From Gammaproteobacteria bacterium (GTDB taxonomy: Bacteria; Pseudomonadota; Gammaproteobacteria; JASBUN01), in assembly GCA_030147845.1 (NCBI GenBank), contig JASBUN010000051.1, positions 33,146 through 97,145 of the forward strand: a stretch of DNA of 64,000 bases, given 5' to 3'. Below are positions 20,427 to 29,794 of the stretch, piece by piece; position 1 is the first letter of the stretch; each line of letters begins with the position of its first letter. The notes beneath the pieces were generated by a model. The model did no database searches. It worked only from the letters and a program-made list of their open reading frames with translations, and was not told the DNA's origin. The position numbers were made by a program, and so were the translations under genes.

Positions 20427-21704
20427 ATGCTTCGGACGCTTCATTCCATTTCGTCGCTGCTGCTCGGTATTGGCGTGCTGTTGGTAGGCGTTGGCTTGCT
20501 TGGTACGTTACTGGGTGTGCGCGCCGGGCTGGCGGGCTTCGGCGATGCCGTCACCGGCGCAGTCATGTCGGCATATTTCGTCGGTTACATCATCGGTACA
20601 TTGGCGTGCCCGGCATTGATCCGTCGTGTCGGCCATATTCGTGCATTTGCCGCTATGGCTGCGGTCGCATCCGCAGCCGCCATTGCCCATGCCATCTGGG
20701 TGGATGCGTTGGCGTGGGCGGCGTTGCGCGTTGTCACCGGCGCCAGCCTGGTCGGATTGTATATGGTCGTGGAAAGCTGGCTCAACGTGCTGGCGCCGAA
20801 AGAGCGACGGGGGCAGGTATTCGCCATCTACATGATGGTCTCGCTGATCGCGCTGGCCGCTGGTCAGTTTTTACTGCTGGTCGGCAATGCCGCCGATTTT
20901 GTACCGTTTGCGCTGGTTTCCATATTGCTGTCCTTCGGGCTGGTACCGGTGGCGCTCACGCGTGTCAGCGAACCCCATCCGGTGGAAACACCGCGCCTGG
21001 GATTGCGCCGCCTGTATGCGATTTCGCCCTTGGCTATGGTCGGTGCTCTTGCGTCCGGATTGGTACTGGGTGCGTTTTGGGGTATGGGCGCGGTATTTGC
21101 CCACGGTGTAAATGTCTCGCCGGCCGGCATCGCCACCTTCATGGGCGCGACGATATTGGGCGGTGCGTTACTGCAGTGGCCAATGGGGCGTTGGTCCGAT
21201 CGTCACGACCGCCGCACGGTGTTGGCGGCGGTGAGTTTTGCCGCTGCGGTGCTCGCCGTGGGACTCTATCTGTCTGTCACTTGGTGGCCGACGGCACTGT
21301 ATGTTTGCGCGTTCGTATTCGGCGGCTTCGCATTTACCGTTTACGGTTTGAGCGTGGCGCATTTGCATGACCATCTCGGCGCCGCGGAAGCGTTAGAGGC
21401 CACTAGTGGATTGTTGTTGGTGTACGGTACCGGCGCCGCATTCGGCCCGCTATTATCGGGAGCGCTTATGTCCGCGTTCGGCGCGGCGATCTTGCCGGCC
21501 TATTTTGCCGTGGTGTTGGGCGGCTTAGGCGCCTATGCGCTGCGGCGTATGGACGCCGGGGCGCCTATGTCGACCGCGCAACAGGGCGAGTTCGTGGCCG
21601 TCATGCGTACCTCCCAGGCGGCTTTGGAACTGGATCCGCGCGTCGAGCCCGGCGCTGACGTGGTTGGCTCGGCGGCGACCTGTCAGGCTTCCACGCGCGC
21701 GTAG
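20427..21704 (+). CDS. MFS transporter, YcaD-like.
   Basis: Twelve predicted transmembrane segments. Conserved VVESWL...[10 protein letters not shown] region resembles E. coli YcaD. ATG at 20427; the track ORF starts at TTG 20421. Confidence 0.8.
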   Translation: MLRTLHSISSLLLGIGVLLVGVGLLGTLLGVRAGLAGFGDAVTGAVMSAYFVGYIIGTLACPALIRRVGHIRAFAAMAAVASAAAIAHAIWVDALAWAALRVVTGASLVGLYMVVESWLNVLAPKERRGQVFAIYMMVSLIALAAGQFLLLVGNAADFVPFALVSILLSFGLVPVALTRVSEPHPVETPRLGLRRLYAISPLAMVGALASGLVLGAFWGMGAVFAHGVNVSPAGIATFMGATILGGALLQWPMGRWSDRHDRRTVLAAVSFAAAVLAVGLYLSVTWWPTALYVCAFVFGGFAFTVYGLSVAHLHDHLGAAEALEATSGLLLVYGTGAAFGPLLSGALMSAFGAAILPAYFAVVLGGLGAYALRRMDAGAPMSTAQQGEFVAVMRTSQAALELDPRVEPGADVVGSAATCQASTRA

Positions 21705-22771
21705 AACCGGCGCGTATCGAGCCCCTGCGAAAAATCGATCATACGCTGCGTGGAACGCAATGCCTTGCGTCGGATCGCCTCATCAACATGAATCTCATTG
21801 TCGCCGGACTCCAGCGCCGCGGCCAGATTCTCCAATGCATTCATTTCCATCCACGGGCAATGCGCGCAACTGTGGCAGGTCGCGCCGGCGCCGGCGGTTG
21901 GCGCCTCGAGAAAGGTCTTATGCGGCGCCGACTGCTTCATTTTGTAGAAAATGCCGTTGTCGGTGGCGACGATGAAGGTCGAATTTGGTAGATCGTGCGC
22001 GGCTTGTATCAGTTGCGTCGTGGAGCCGACCACATCGGCCATGTCGATCACGCTTTGCGGCGATTCCGGGTGTACCAATATGGCGGCATCGGCGTGAAGG
22101 GCCTTGAGCGCGGCCAACTCTTTGGCTTTGAAGGTTTCATGCACCACGCAGCTACCTTGCCAAAGCAACATGTCGGCGCCCGTGACTTGTTGCACGTAAC
22201 TACCCAGATACTTATCCGGCGCCCACAGAATCGATTCACCCTGATCCAGCAGATGGCTGACTACACGTACAGCAATACTGGAGGTGACCACCCAATCGGC
22301 GCGCGCCTTCACTGCGGCACTGGTGTTGGCGTAGACCACTACGGTGCGATCCGGGTGGGCATCACAGAACGGCACGAACTGGTCTGCGGGACAGCCCAGA
22401 TCAAGTGAGCATTCGGCTTCCAGCGTCGGCATGAGTACGCGTTTTTCCGGATTGAGGATCTTGGCGGTTTCGCCCATGAAACGCACGCCGGCGACTACCA
22501 GGGTGGTGGCCGGGTGACGGTTGCCAAAGCGCGCCATCTCGAGCGAGTCGGCCACCATGCCGCCGGTTTCGTCGGCAATTTTTTGTATGTCGGCGTCGGT
22601 GTAGTAGTGGGCTACCAGCACGGCATCCTTTTCGCGCAGCAAGTTCTTGATCCGTTCGATCAATTCACGCCGGCGCTCGGTCCCGAGCGGCGCTATCTCA
22701 ACAGCGCCGCCGGGTAGATCGCGCGGATTTTGCACCGGGATGATGGGGATATCGATTTGCGTCATGGTCAT
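21683..22771 (-). CDS. nadA: Quinolinate synthase NadA.
   Basis: Near-colinear match to E. coli NadA ([63 protein letters not shown], [17 protein letters not shown]). GAGGAG upstream of the ATG at 22771. The 3' end overlaps the convergent MFS gene by 22 nt. Confidence 0.9.
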   Translation of the reverse strand: MTMTQIDIPIIPVQNPRDLPGGAVEIAPLGTERRRELIERIKNLLREKDAVLVAHYYTDADIQKIADETGGMVADSLEMARFGNRHPATTLVVAGVRFMGETAKILNPEKRVLMPTLEAECSLDLGCPADQFVPFCDAHPDRTVVVYANTSAAVKARADWVVTSSIAVRVVSHLLDQGESILWAPDKYLGSYVQQVTGADMLLWQGSCVVHETFKAKELAALKALHADAAILVHPESPQSVIDMADVVGSTTQLIQAAHDLPNSTFIVATDNGIFYKMKQSAPHKTFLEAPTAGAGATCHSCAHCPWMEMNALENLAAALESGDNEIHVDEAIRRKALRSTQRMIDFSQGLDTRRFYARVEA

Positions 22772-22895
22772 AAAACTCCTCGGCGTCGATTATACCCGAG
22801 AGCGCCTTGGGGAAATACGCGCGGAAATCGGCTGCTTCTGTGCCTGGAAATGGGCGCGCCGAGCGTCGTTTTCAAGCGTCTTGGTCGGGTGATTG

Positions 22896-24200
22896 TCATA
22901 AGCCGGGCCGGCTTTCCGCCGGCAGATCACGAATGTGGACATCGCGCTGCGGAAACGGAATGGTGATGTGGTTTTCTTTGAAGGCCCGCCAGACGCCCAG
23001 GTTGACCTCTGAACGTACGTTGTTCACGCCTTGCTCGGGATCGTTGATCCACACGCGCAGTTCCAGGTGTATACCGCTGTCACCGAATTCGAGCAATCGG
23101 CACACCGGCGTCGGGTCAACGAGTACCCGTTTACTAGTGCGCGCCGCCTCCAACATCAGGGCCATAGCGATTTCGGGATCGTCGCCATAACTTATCTGAA
23201 CGGGAATTTTTACCCGTACATTGCGATCGCCGTAGCTCCAGTTGATGACTTGGCTGGTTATCAGATTCTCGTTTGGGATGAGTGTGTCGACGCCGTCGCG
23301 ATCGCGCACCACGACGTAGCGGGCACGCAACTCCTGGACCCAACCGAAACTGTTACCGATGCTGATGACGTCGCCTGGGCCGATGGAACGATCGAACAGC
23401 AGGATAAATCCGCTGACGAAGTTGCTGGTGATACGCTGCAGGCCGAAACCGATGCCGACGCCCAGCGCTCCGCCAAATACGGTAAGCGCAGTGAGATCAA
23501 AGCCGATTGCGTCCAGCGCCACCAGAAACCCGACGGAGACGATGACCACGCGCGCGGTTTTGGCCAAGCCAATGCGCAGACCGGCCGCCAGATTACGCGC
23601 CGCCATCAGGCGTCGCTCCATCAGCGCCGACAACCATAAGGACAGCAAGAGGAAAAAGCCGACCGAAACGATCAATTTGATCGCCCAGAGCAATGATACA
23701 TGGGTGCTGCCGACGTTGAAGGCGACGCTATCGAGCGCCTTGCTGATGCCCGGTAGCCAACCTAGTAGATGCAGCGCCAGCAGTAACCAGATAAACGTTC
23801 CAATTGCCGTTTCACTGGCGCGTAGTGCGCGGCTGGGGGTGAAGGCCTTACGCAGGATATAGATGGCAAAGCGCACCGCGGCCAGCGACAGCAGCAACGG
23901 CACGGCCGCGTCGAGTATCTCGTTGGGCTGGTCTAGGCGTTCCAGTCCGGCGCGTGCCACCAGCACCAACAACAGCATGGTAAACGGGAACAGCAGGCGC
24001 ATGCCGCCGCCGAGAGTCAGACGTTTAAGGTTGGATTTTTCGCGCCGGGCGGCGGCGATTTGAGCGCCGAGATAGTGATGGATCAACCAGGCCACGACCG
24101 CGGTCGCGACTAAGATGGCAAACTGCTCCCATATACCGGGATCCTGGAGCGTCGTCCAGGCGTTGTGCCAGAGCTTAGCAAAATCGATGTTGGAACTCAT
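22896..24200 (-). CDS. Mechanosensitive ion channel, MscS family (YbdG/MscM-like).
   Basis: N-terminal transmembrane helices, then the MscS pore helix and beta domain (VFGGALGVGIGFGLQ...GDVISIGNSFGWVQEL). 434 aa. Confidence 0.85.
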   Translation of the reverse strand: MSSNIDFAKLWHNAWTTLQDPGIWEQFAILVATAVVAWLIHHYLGAQIAAARREKSNLKRLTLGGGMRLLFPFTMLLLVLVARAGLERLDQPNEILDAAVPLLLSLAAVRFAIYILRKAFTPSRALRASETAIGTFIWLLLALHLLGWLPGISKALDSVAFNVGSTHVSLLWAIKLIVSVGFFLLLSLWLSALMERRLMAARNLAAGLRIGLAKTARVVIVSVGFLVALDAIGFDLTALTVFGGALGVGIGFGLQRITSNFVSGFILLFDRSIGPGDVISIGNSFGWVQELRARYVVVRDRDGVDTLIPNENLITSQVINWSYGDRNVRVKIPVQISYGDDPEIAMALMLEAARTSKRVLVDPTPVCRLLEFGDSGIHLELRVWINDPEQGVNNVRSEVNLGVWRAFKENHITIPFPQRDVHIRDLPAESRPGL

Positions 24201-24354
24201 GAGCGTGGTTTCCGCGGACCGACGTTATGGAGTTGTAGACGGCCATCAAGCGTGGCCTTGCTGATCCCGCGCCTCCACCTGTAGTCTACTTGAGCGGCGT
24301 GTAGCGACCAAGTCGCATGTTTTTCGGTCTTGGGTCAGCCATGAGGAGTTCGTC

Positions 24355-24882
24355 GTGCCGATTGATCAGCAAAGCATTTATCGCGGTCACATCATCGAGG
24401 TTACGGTCGATACGGTCGATCTTCCCAACGGTGAACGTGCCGAACTCGAGATCGTGCATCATCCGGGTGGCGCTGCGGTCGCTGCGCTCGATGAGCAACA
24501 ACGCGTCTGCCTGCTGCGGCAGTATCGCTATGCCGCCGGCGGTTGGATATGGGAGTTGCCGGCGGGCAAGATCGACAACCGCGAGGCGCCGTTGCACACG
24601 GCGCAACGAGAACTTGCCGAGGAAGCCGGAGTGGAAGCTACCGAGTGGAGCGCATTGGGTTCGATGGTGAGTTCGCCGGGTGTGTTCACCGAAATCGTTC
24701 ACTTATATCTGGCGCGCGGGCTGCGGCATGGCGCGGTAAATCCCGAGCATCATGAAGTGATCGAAGTGCATTGGAAGCCGTTGGCCGAGGCGGTGCAGTG
24801 GGCGCTGGACGGGACGTTGACTGACGCCAAGTCGGTCATCGCGTTGTTGCGGATACCTGCCGCACTAAACGGATTGATCTGA
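24355..24882 (+). CDS. NUDIX hydrolase (ADP-ribose pyrophosphatase-like).
   Basis: Nudix box GKIDNREAPLHTAQRELAEEAGV. GTG start at 24355 with GAGGAG 7 nt upstream. Confidence 0.8.
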   Translation: MPIDQQSIYRGHIIEVTVDTVDLPNGERAELEIVHHPGGAAVAALDEQQRVCLLRQYRYAAGGWIWELPAGKIDNREAPLHTAQRELAEEAGVEATEWSALGSMVSSPGVFTEIVHLYLARGLRHGAVNPEHHEVIEVHWKPLAEAVQWALDGTLTDAKSVIALLRIPAALNGLI

Positions 24883-24898
24883 TTCCTGACGCGGCTGG

Positions 24899-25375
24899 CT
24901 AAAATCGTCCAGCGCCAACCAGATGCCGGCGCCAATAGATATCTTTCAGGCTGGCATAGGAAACGTGTTGGCCGCTCGATGGCGCGTGTATAAATCGATC
25001 GTGACCGACATAAATGCCGACGTGCGATATTTTCGGCGGCGATAGGCGGAAGAACAAAATATCGCCTGGACGCAGTCGGGATAGCGGCACATGTCGGGCG
25101 TGGCGTCGTTGTTCGTACGTGGTGCGCGGGATTTTGATGCCGGCATGCCAATAGGCATATTGCACCAGACCGCTGCAATCGAAGCCGCGCGGATCGTCGC
25201 CGCCGTAGTGGTACGGTGCGCCCACCTGTTGGCGCGCGGTTTCAACCACGATCCGGCCGGGGTCGGTGGCGCGCGTCGGCAACTCCGGTCGCACCGGAGC
25301 CCCGCCGCACCCTACTAATTGCAAGGCGGTACCGAGCACGAAGCTCACCGCGAGGGCTCGTATCGGATGTCGCAT
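24899..25375 (-). CDS. NlpC/P60 (C40) family peptidoglycan endopeptidase lipoprotein (Spr/MepS-like).
   Basis: Lipobox LVGC. Catalytic Cys in DCSGLVQYAY. Downstream His (SHVGIYVGHDRFIHA). ATG at 25375. Confidence 0.8.
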   Translation of the reverse strand: MRHPIRALAVSFVLGTALQLVGCGGAPVRPELPTRATDPGRIVVETARQQVGAPYHYGGDDPRGFDCSGLVQYAYWHAGIKIPRTTYEQRRHARHVPLSRLRPGDILFFRLSPPKISHVGIYVGHDRFIHAPSSGQHVSYASLKDIYWRRHLVGAGRF

Positions 25376-25641
25376 GTAAAACAGCACAGTATAGTTATAG
25401 TAAATACATTAGTACCACGTCCAGCATTGCTGGTTGCGAACCCGTTCACAGAATTGCCGGCGCCGATGTCGACGGCGTCACAACCGCATCAAGATCGTGT
25501 TCATCGAACACATTATTTGATCGTCATCATTTATTAAATTTTCTTTACAGTCAGTCGGTCGCACCGCAATCTGCGCGTCGAACGCGATGGTAGCAGCCGT
25601 CGCGACATCTCGTCAGTTATCGCTCAGCTAGGGAGATCCAC

Positions 25642-25869
25642 ATGATTACGCAGTTCAAAAAGGCGGTGTTGACCGCGGTGGTTTTGGGTGCTGCAGTCTC
25701 CATGGCCTCGCCGGCATTTGCGGCCGAAGGCGCCAAGAAGCACGTCAGCTGCACGACGGAAGCCAAGCATGCCGGTATGAAGGGCTCCAAGGAGATTCAC
25801 AAGTACGTCAAGGAATGCAAGCACAAGCGCGCTATGGCCAAAAAGCACGCCAAGGAAATGAAGAAGTAA
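25642..25869 (+). CDS. Small secreted Lys/His-rich protein with a single PsiF-type repeat.
   Basis: ATG at 25642 with GGGAG upstream. Signal peptide ...SPAFAAEG. The segment SCTTEAKHAGMKGSKEIHKYVKECKHK fits the PsiF repeat pattern (SC..A....KG..R/K..M..C). Confidence 0.6.
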   Translation: MITQFKKAVLTAVVLGAAVSMASPAFAAEGAKKHVSCTTEAKHAGMKGSKEIHKYVKECKHKRAMAKKHAKEMKK

Positions 25870-25984
25870 GCCCGGAAAGCGCGGTCGTGCGCTCCGCCAC
25901 GCGGACCGCCGACTGAAAAGTCCGCAATGGGGTCGCCGTTACCGGCGGCCCCATTTGCGTATATCGCGAGTGATTGCACGACGT

Positions 25985-26821
25985 ATGCCTATTCGCTCGA
26001 TGACTTGCTACACTCGTATGCGGTTACTCTCGTTCGATATTTTGCGCACGTTGCACCTCCCCGGAGTTCATTCGCTGAAGCCGGACGACTGGTTGCGTCG
26101 CAAGGAAGATATCCGCGCCGCCGACTGGTTGTTGTTTCCCCCTGCGTGGCAGGTCAACATATTCGCCTACGGTTGGCGCAAGCGCTTGTTTCCGAGTTTG
26201 TCGACCTATCATCTGGGCTACGATAAGGTGCAGATGACCCGCGCCTTCATGGCGGTTTGTCCCGACCATGTCCCGCAGACGCTTATTCTTTCCTCGACCC
26301 CGGCTGGCATTGATCAAGTGCTGGAGGAAATGACCTTTCCATTCGTGGTCAAGGCTCCGCGCAGCTCCATGGGCCGCGGTGTGCAGTTACTGGAGCAGCG
26401 TAGCGAATTTCTACGTTACGCGGCGGCCACAGATATCCTTTATGTACAGGAGTATCTACCAATCAAGCGGGACTTGCGCGTGGTCTACGTTGGCGACTCG
26501 GTGAGCACGGCGTATTGGCGTACCGCGCCACCCGGCCAGTTCCATAACAACGTTGCACGTGGTGCGACGATTTCGTTTGAAGATATTCCGTCGGCGGCGC
26601 TCGAGTTGGTCTCGACTGTCGCGGCTGCGCTTGGGATCGACCACGCAGGCTTTGACGTTGCCGAGGTAGACGGTCGTTTTTACTTGCTCGAATTCAATTT
26701 ATTGTTCGGCACCGAGGCGCTCAGCATGCAATCGATCCGAATCGAAGCGATGATTCATGAATACCTGCACCGCCTATGGTCGCGGGATCCGGGCAACACG
26801 TTCGCGTGCCCGTCCGCCTGA
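25985..26821 (+). CDS. RimK-like ATP-grasp ligase.
   Basis: ATP-grasp core aligns with RimK: FPFVVKAPRSSMGRGV, LYVQEYLPIKRDLRVVYVGD, HNNVARGATIS, AGFDVAEVDGRFYLLEFNLLFG. Start is uncertain (ATG at 25985, 26000 or 26018; the track ORF begins at TTG 25955). Confidence 0.7.
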   Translation: MPIRSMTCYTRMRLLSFDILRTLHLPGVHSLKPDDWLRRKEDIRAADWLLFPPAWQVNIFAYGWRKRLFPSLSTYHLGYDKVQMTRAFMAVCPDHVPQTLILSSTPAGIDQVLEEMTFPFVVKAPRSSMGRGVQLLEQRSEFLRYAAATDILYVQEYLPIKRDLRVVYVGDSVSTAYWRTAPPGQFHNNVARGATISFEDIPSAALELVSTVAAALGIDHAGFDVAEVDGRFYLLEFNLLFGTEALSMQSIRIEAMIHEYLHRLWSRDPGNTFACPSA

Positions 26822-26836
26822 GCGGCCGGGGCCGGA

Positions 26837-27316
26837 TCAATACGGTCGCTTACGCAAATGAAGCCTGAATAGCAAACGCGAAAGCGATAGCTCGAGGAGG
26901 ATAAATACGACGACCAGGAGGCCGACATCGAACCAAGTCAAAGCCAATGGGCCGCGCAGAACCAGCAGTGGCAGCAGCGCTTCGGGAATTTGATCCAGCC
27001 CTGCCGCCATGCCGCTGGTATCGACGCCGGCACGGCGTTTGATGAAGCTCGACAGCAGATCGCCGGCCATGGCGCTCGCCGCGACGAGTGCACCAAGTAC
27101 GATATCGAGTCCGACCAGCGGCGCCACCAGCGTGCAGGCAACCGCCGACGCCAGCAGTCCGCGAAACGTTTTACCCGCGCCTAGCAGCGGACGGCCGTCG
27201 CCCAGGCGCAGTCCGCCATCGACGGGCCATTGGCAGCAGGTCCCGAACAGCTTCCATGCCAACACCGGCGCGCCATTGGCGACGAGTAGAAGCAGCAAGC
27301 TTTGGAGCAGATTCAC
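26837..27316 (-). CDS. CarS-like (CDP-archaeol-synthase-like, PF01864/DUF46) small membrane protein.
   Basis: About 159 aa with 4-5 transmembrane segments. Conserved FGTCC.PVDGG...DGRPLLG..KT.RG block typical of bacterial CarS-like proteins. GTG start at 27316. Convergent with the ATP-grasp gene, with a 15-bp gap. Confidence 0.55.
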   Translation of the reverse strand: MNLLQSLLLLLVANGAPVLAWKLFGTCCQWPVDGGLRLGDGRPLLGAGKTFRGLLASAVACTLVAPLVGLDIVLGALVAASAMAGDLLSSFIKRRAGVDTSGMAAGLDQIPEALLPLLVLRGPLALTWFDVGLLVVVFILLELSLSRLLFRLHLRKRPY

Positions 27317-27319
27317 GTG

Positions 27320-27646
27320 CTAGTCGGCTCGCCGCTGGATTTGCGCAAGGCGGTTTCGACCGATGCGGTGTTGATCAGACTTTGGCCGATGACGCGTGGC
27401 TACCGGCGGTATAGCGTATCTAAGGTCATCGGTTGTCGGCTGGCGGCTTTTTCCCAACCGGTGCCCTGGCGGCCCATGGCGGCGCGTACGCAATCGCGCG
27501 CTCCAGTCCGCGGCGAGATCCTCGAATCCCGGACCAACGGCTTCGTACAAGCATTCGAGTTCGTCCATGTTGTAGCCGAGTTCAGCGCTATGATGCAGAT
27601 CGTTGATGCGCGCAGTTACGTGCTCAACATATTGGTATGGTTCCAT
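27320..27646 (-). CDS. Possible small ORF (108 aa) upstream of the CarS-like gene; doubtful.
   Basis: ATG at 27646. The first half (MEPYQYVEHVTARINDLHHSAELGYNMDELECLYEAVGPGFEDL) is protein-like but has lower GC3 than its neighbours. The second half is Arg/Pro-rich, as expected from a noncoding GC-rich frame. Confidence 0.25.
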   Translation of the reverse strand: MEPYQYVEHVTARINDLHHSAELGYNMDELECLYEAVGPGFEDLAADWSARLRTRRHGPPGHRLGKSRQPTTDDLRYAIPPVATRHRPKSDQHRIGRNRLAQIQRRAD

Positions 27647-27828
27647 CAACGAATCCCAGTGTTGCCACGCAACGCTGCTCCATGTGCGAGCGATCAATGT
27701 CTTTAATATCGAACACGCCCCGAGTTCGTCAAGGTGCCGCGATGCTGCTGATATTCGCACTGCAGTGGCTGGCTTTGCGACCGCGCCATGCTATGGTTTC
27801 GCTGGGGAAGACACGAATAGGTGAGCGA

Positions 27829-28389
27829 GTGAGTTTGCGCATCGCATGCATGCTTTTTCTAGGGTTGTCGCTATTCGGCTGTGCTAGCGATCTACCGCGA
27901 GATATTGCTTCTCCGCCACCGCACGGCAATCCGCCGCTGGCTGCGGTGCGTGCCGATCCTGGCCGCTTTTCAGGCACTCCGGTGCGCTGGGGCGGCACGA
28001 TCGCCGCGGTCGAAAATCGTAAAAACGACACCTGGATCGATGTGGTTGGACGCCAGTTGGAGCGGGATGGTCGACCGATCGTGGGCGATCGAAGCGAAGG
28101 TCGTTTCATGGCGAAATTGCATGGTTTCGTCGATCCGGCGGTGTATGCCAAGGGCCGCGAGCTGACCGTTGCCGGAACCATCGCGGGTGAGCTGACGAAG
28201 CGTATTGGGCAGTTTCCGTACCGTTTCGTGGTCGTCGATGTGCACACGCTTCATCTGTGGCAGCCGTTACCCAAATACCCACGTGGACCACCGCCGTTCT
28301 GGTACGATGACCCGTGGTCTCCATTCGGATTTCCCTATGGCTACCCGTACGGTTACCCCTATGGGCCGATGTTCGGGCCGCCGTACTAG
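27829..28389 (+). CDS. Slp-family outer-membrane lipoprotein, paralog 1, with a Pro/Tyr/Gly-rich C-terminal tail.
   Basis: GTG at 27829 with AGGTGAG upstream. Lipobox LFGCAS. Conserved Slp core (VRWGGTIAAVEN...GRF...). Unusual tail PLPKYPRGPPPFWYDDPWSPFGFPYGYPYGYPYGPMFGPPY. Confidence 0.7.
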   Translation: MSLRIACMLFLGLSLFGCASDLPRDIASPPPHGNPPLAAVRADPGRFSGTPVRWGGTIAAVENRKNDTWIDVVGRQLERDGRPIVGDRSEGRFMAKLHGFVDPAVYAKGRELTVAGTIAGELTKRIGQFPYRFVVVDVHTLHLWQPLPKYPRGPPPFWYDDPWSPFGFPYGYPYGYPYGPMFGPPY

Positions 28390-28405
28390 AAAACGGAGAA
28401 CACCG

Positions 28406-28918
28406 ATGAATCGAGGCAGGTTGTTGCGCCGTGCCGCGTGCGGGTTGGTTCTCGCGCTGTTGGTGGGATGCGCGGCCGGTCCGCGTTTCAAGACCGCGCA
28501 GGTCGATACGGCGCTTACCCCGCAGCAGGCCGCGGCTGCCGATAAATCGGTTTGGGGGCGACGCGTTCTTTGGGGTGGCGTCATCGTCAATACCGAGAAT
28601 TTGCCACAGCTAAGCCGCATTGAAGTGCTCGCTTACCCGCTCACGTCGGATCAAGAACCCGATACCAAAGCCACTGCGCTCGGCCGATTTCTCATCAGCC
28701 GGCGCGGATATCTGGAATCCGCCGACTACGCCCCCGGCCGCCTGGTGACAGTGACCGGTGAGATCATCGGCACGCGTTTTGGCAAGGTCGGCGAGGCCGA
28801 TTACACCTACGCGGTGGTACAGCCGTCGGGGCTGTACCTCTGGCCGAAAGAAAGCGAGCGCGGCTATTACGACAATCGACCACAGATTCATTTCGGGATC
28901 GGTGTGATTCTGCATTGA
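28406..28918 (+). CDS. Slp-family outer-membrane lipoprotein, paralog 2.
   Basis: ATG at 28406 with GGAG upstream. Lipobox LVGCAAG. Slp core (VLWGGVIVNTEN...). Lies 17 bp after paralog 1. Confidence 0.75.
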   Translation: MNRGRLLRRAACGLVLALLVGCAAGPRFKTAQVDTALTPQQAAAADKSVWGRRVLWGGVIVNTENLPQLSRIEVLAYPLTSDQEPDTKATALGRFLISRRGYLESADYAPGRLVTVTGEIIGTRFGKVGEADYTYAVVQPSGLYLWPKESERGYYDNRPQIHFGIGVILH

Positions 28919-29057
28919 CCGCGTATGGGCGCGATCGACTCACGAGCGCGAATGATCACCGGCCATCGGCTGCGGATTGCCCGGATTAGTAGTGAAATCC
29001 GAGCCTGGCTGCTCTACTTCGATAGAAGGAGGACAGGTCGCCTCTTGCCGTGACTTC

Positions 29058-29157
29058 CGAGTGATGCACGGATGAATCCGTGCCTACAAAAACATTGCCG
29101 TAATCGCCGCCTACCGCATGCTGTTGTAGCCCCGGCTTTGACCGTGCGCGGACTGCG
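29058..29157. repeat. 100-bp repeat unit, copy 1, containing the hairpin gcacgga-tgaa-tccgtgc.
   Basis: Identical over 100 bp to 29314-29413. Internal 7-bp-stem hairpin at 29066-29083. Contains the ctacaa...ttgtag inverted segment. Confidence 0.7.
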
Positions 29158-29313
29158 CCCAACGGGCACGGGCCCGCTGGAAATACGCAAAGCTTGTTTT
29201 TCTTAGCGTACTTAGCGTCTTTGCGAGAGACTAAGGTTCGGCTAGCTGGAATGAAACTTTCGCGGAGCCACAAAGCATGCCAAGGTGAATTGATCGTCTC
29301 ATGTCGGGACTTG

Positions 29314-29413
29314 CGAGTGATGCACGGATGAATCCGTGCCTACAAAAACATTGCCGTAATCGCCGCCTACCGCATGCTGTTGTAGCCCCGGCTTTGACCG
29401 TGCGCGGACTGCG
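29314..29413. repeat. 100-bp repeat unit, copy 2, followed by an inverted partial copy with the hairpin gcacggc-ttca-gccgtgc at 29455-29480.
   Basis: Perfect 100-bp identity with copy 1. ttttgtaggcac at 29455-29466 is the reverse complement of gtgcctacaaaa from the unit 5' end. Confidence 0.7.
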
Positions 29414-29794
29414 ATATTCCGACGCATCTGCCGTCTTCGAATGTTTCCATCGATTTTGTAGGCACGGCTTCAGCCGTGCACATATCCGCTTCACACCCAT
29501 CGGCACGGATCAATCCCAATAGCCCGCCGCTCACCATCGCCAGAGACAAACTGGCGCAGCCAATCACCGAAACGTGGCTAGCGAAACAAAATTGTAAATC
29601 AGGCGGTTAGCATAGTATCTCGCGTTTCCCTGGCGATCTAGACTGGTTCATGGCGACGATTTGCGGCGAATGCCTAAACCCGTTGGCGTCGCGCGCCGAT
29701 AACCCACTTAGACGTGCAGTGCAGTCGGCCGAGATGAGGTGATTACTCTCATCGCACCTGCGCCGCACCGGTCGCAACGACTAGGAGGTGGCTC

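Noticed and set aside
20219-21370. 383-aa Cys/Arg/Gly-rich ORF on the plus strand.
   Set aside because: It lies out of frame inside the well-supported MFS transporter gene (20427..21704). Its composition ([15 protein letters not shown], Arg/Gly runs) is typical of an alternative frame in GC-rich coding DNA. It has no ribosome-binding site and no domains.
25390-25641. Possible Pho box upstream of the psiF-like gene (AT-rich ...tcgtcatcatttattaaattttctttacagtcagtc...).
   Set aside because: No convincing pair of CTGTCAT 7-mers with 4-nt spacing. Only partial resemblance, so it is not called.
27302-27706. 134-aa plus-strand ORF in the CarS-like/Slp divergent intergenic region.
   Set aside because: Junk-like translation (Arg/Pro-rich, no motifs). 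It overlaps the more protein-like minus-strand candidate, which is itself kept only at low confidence.
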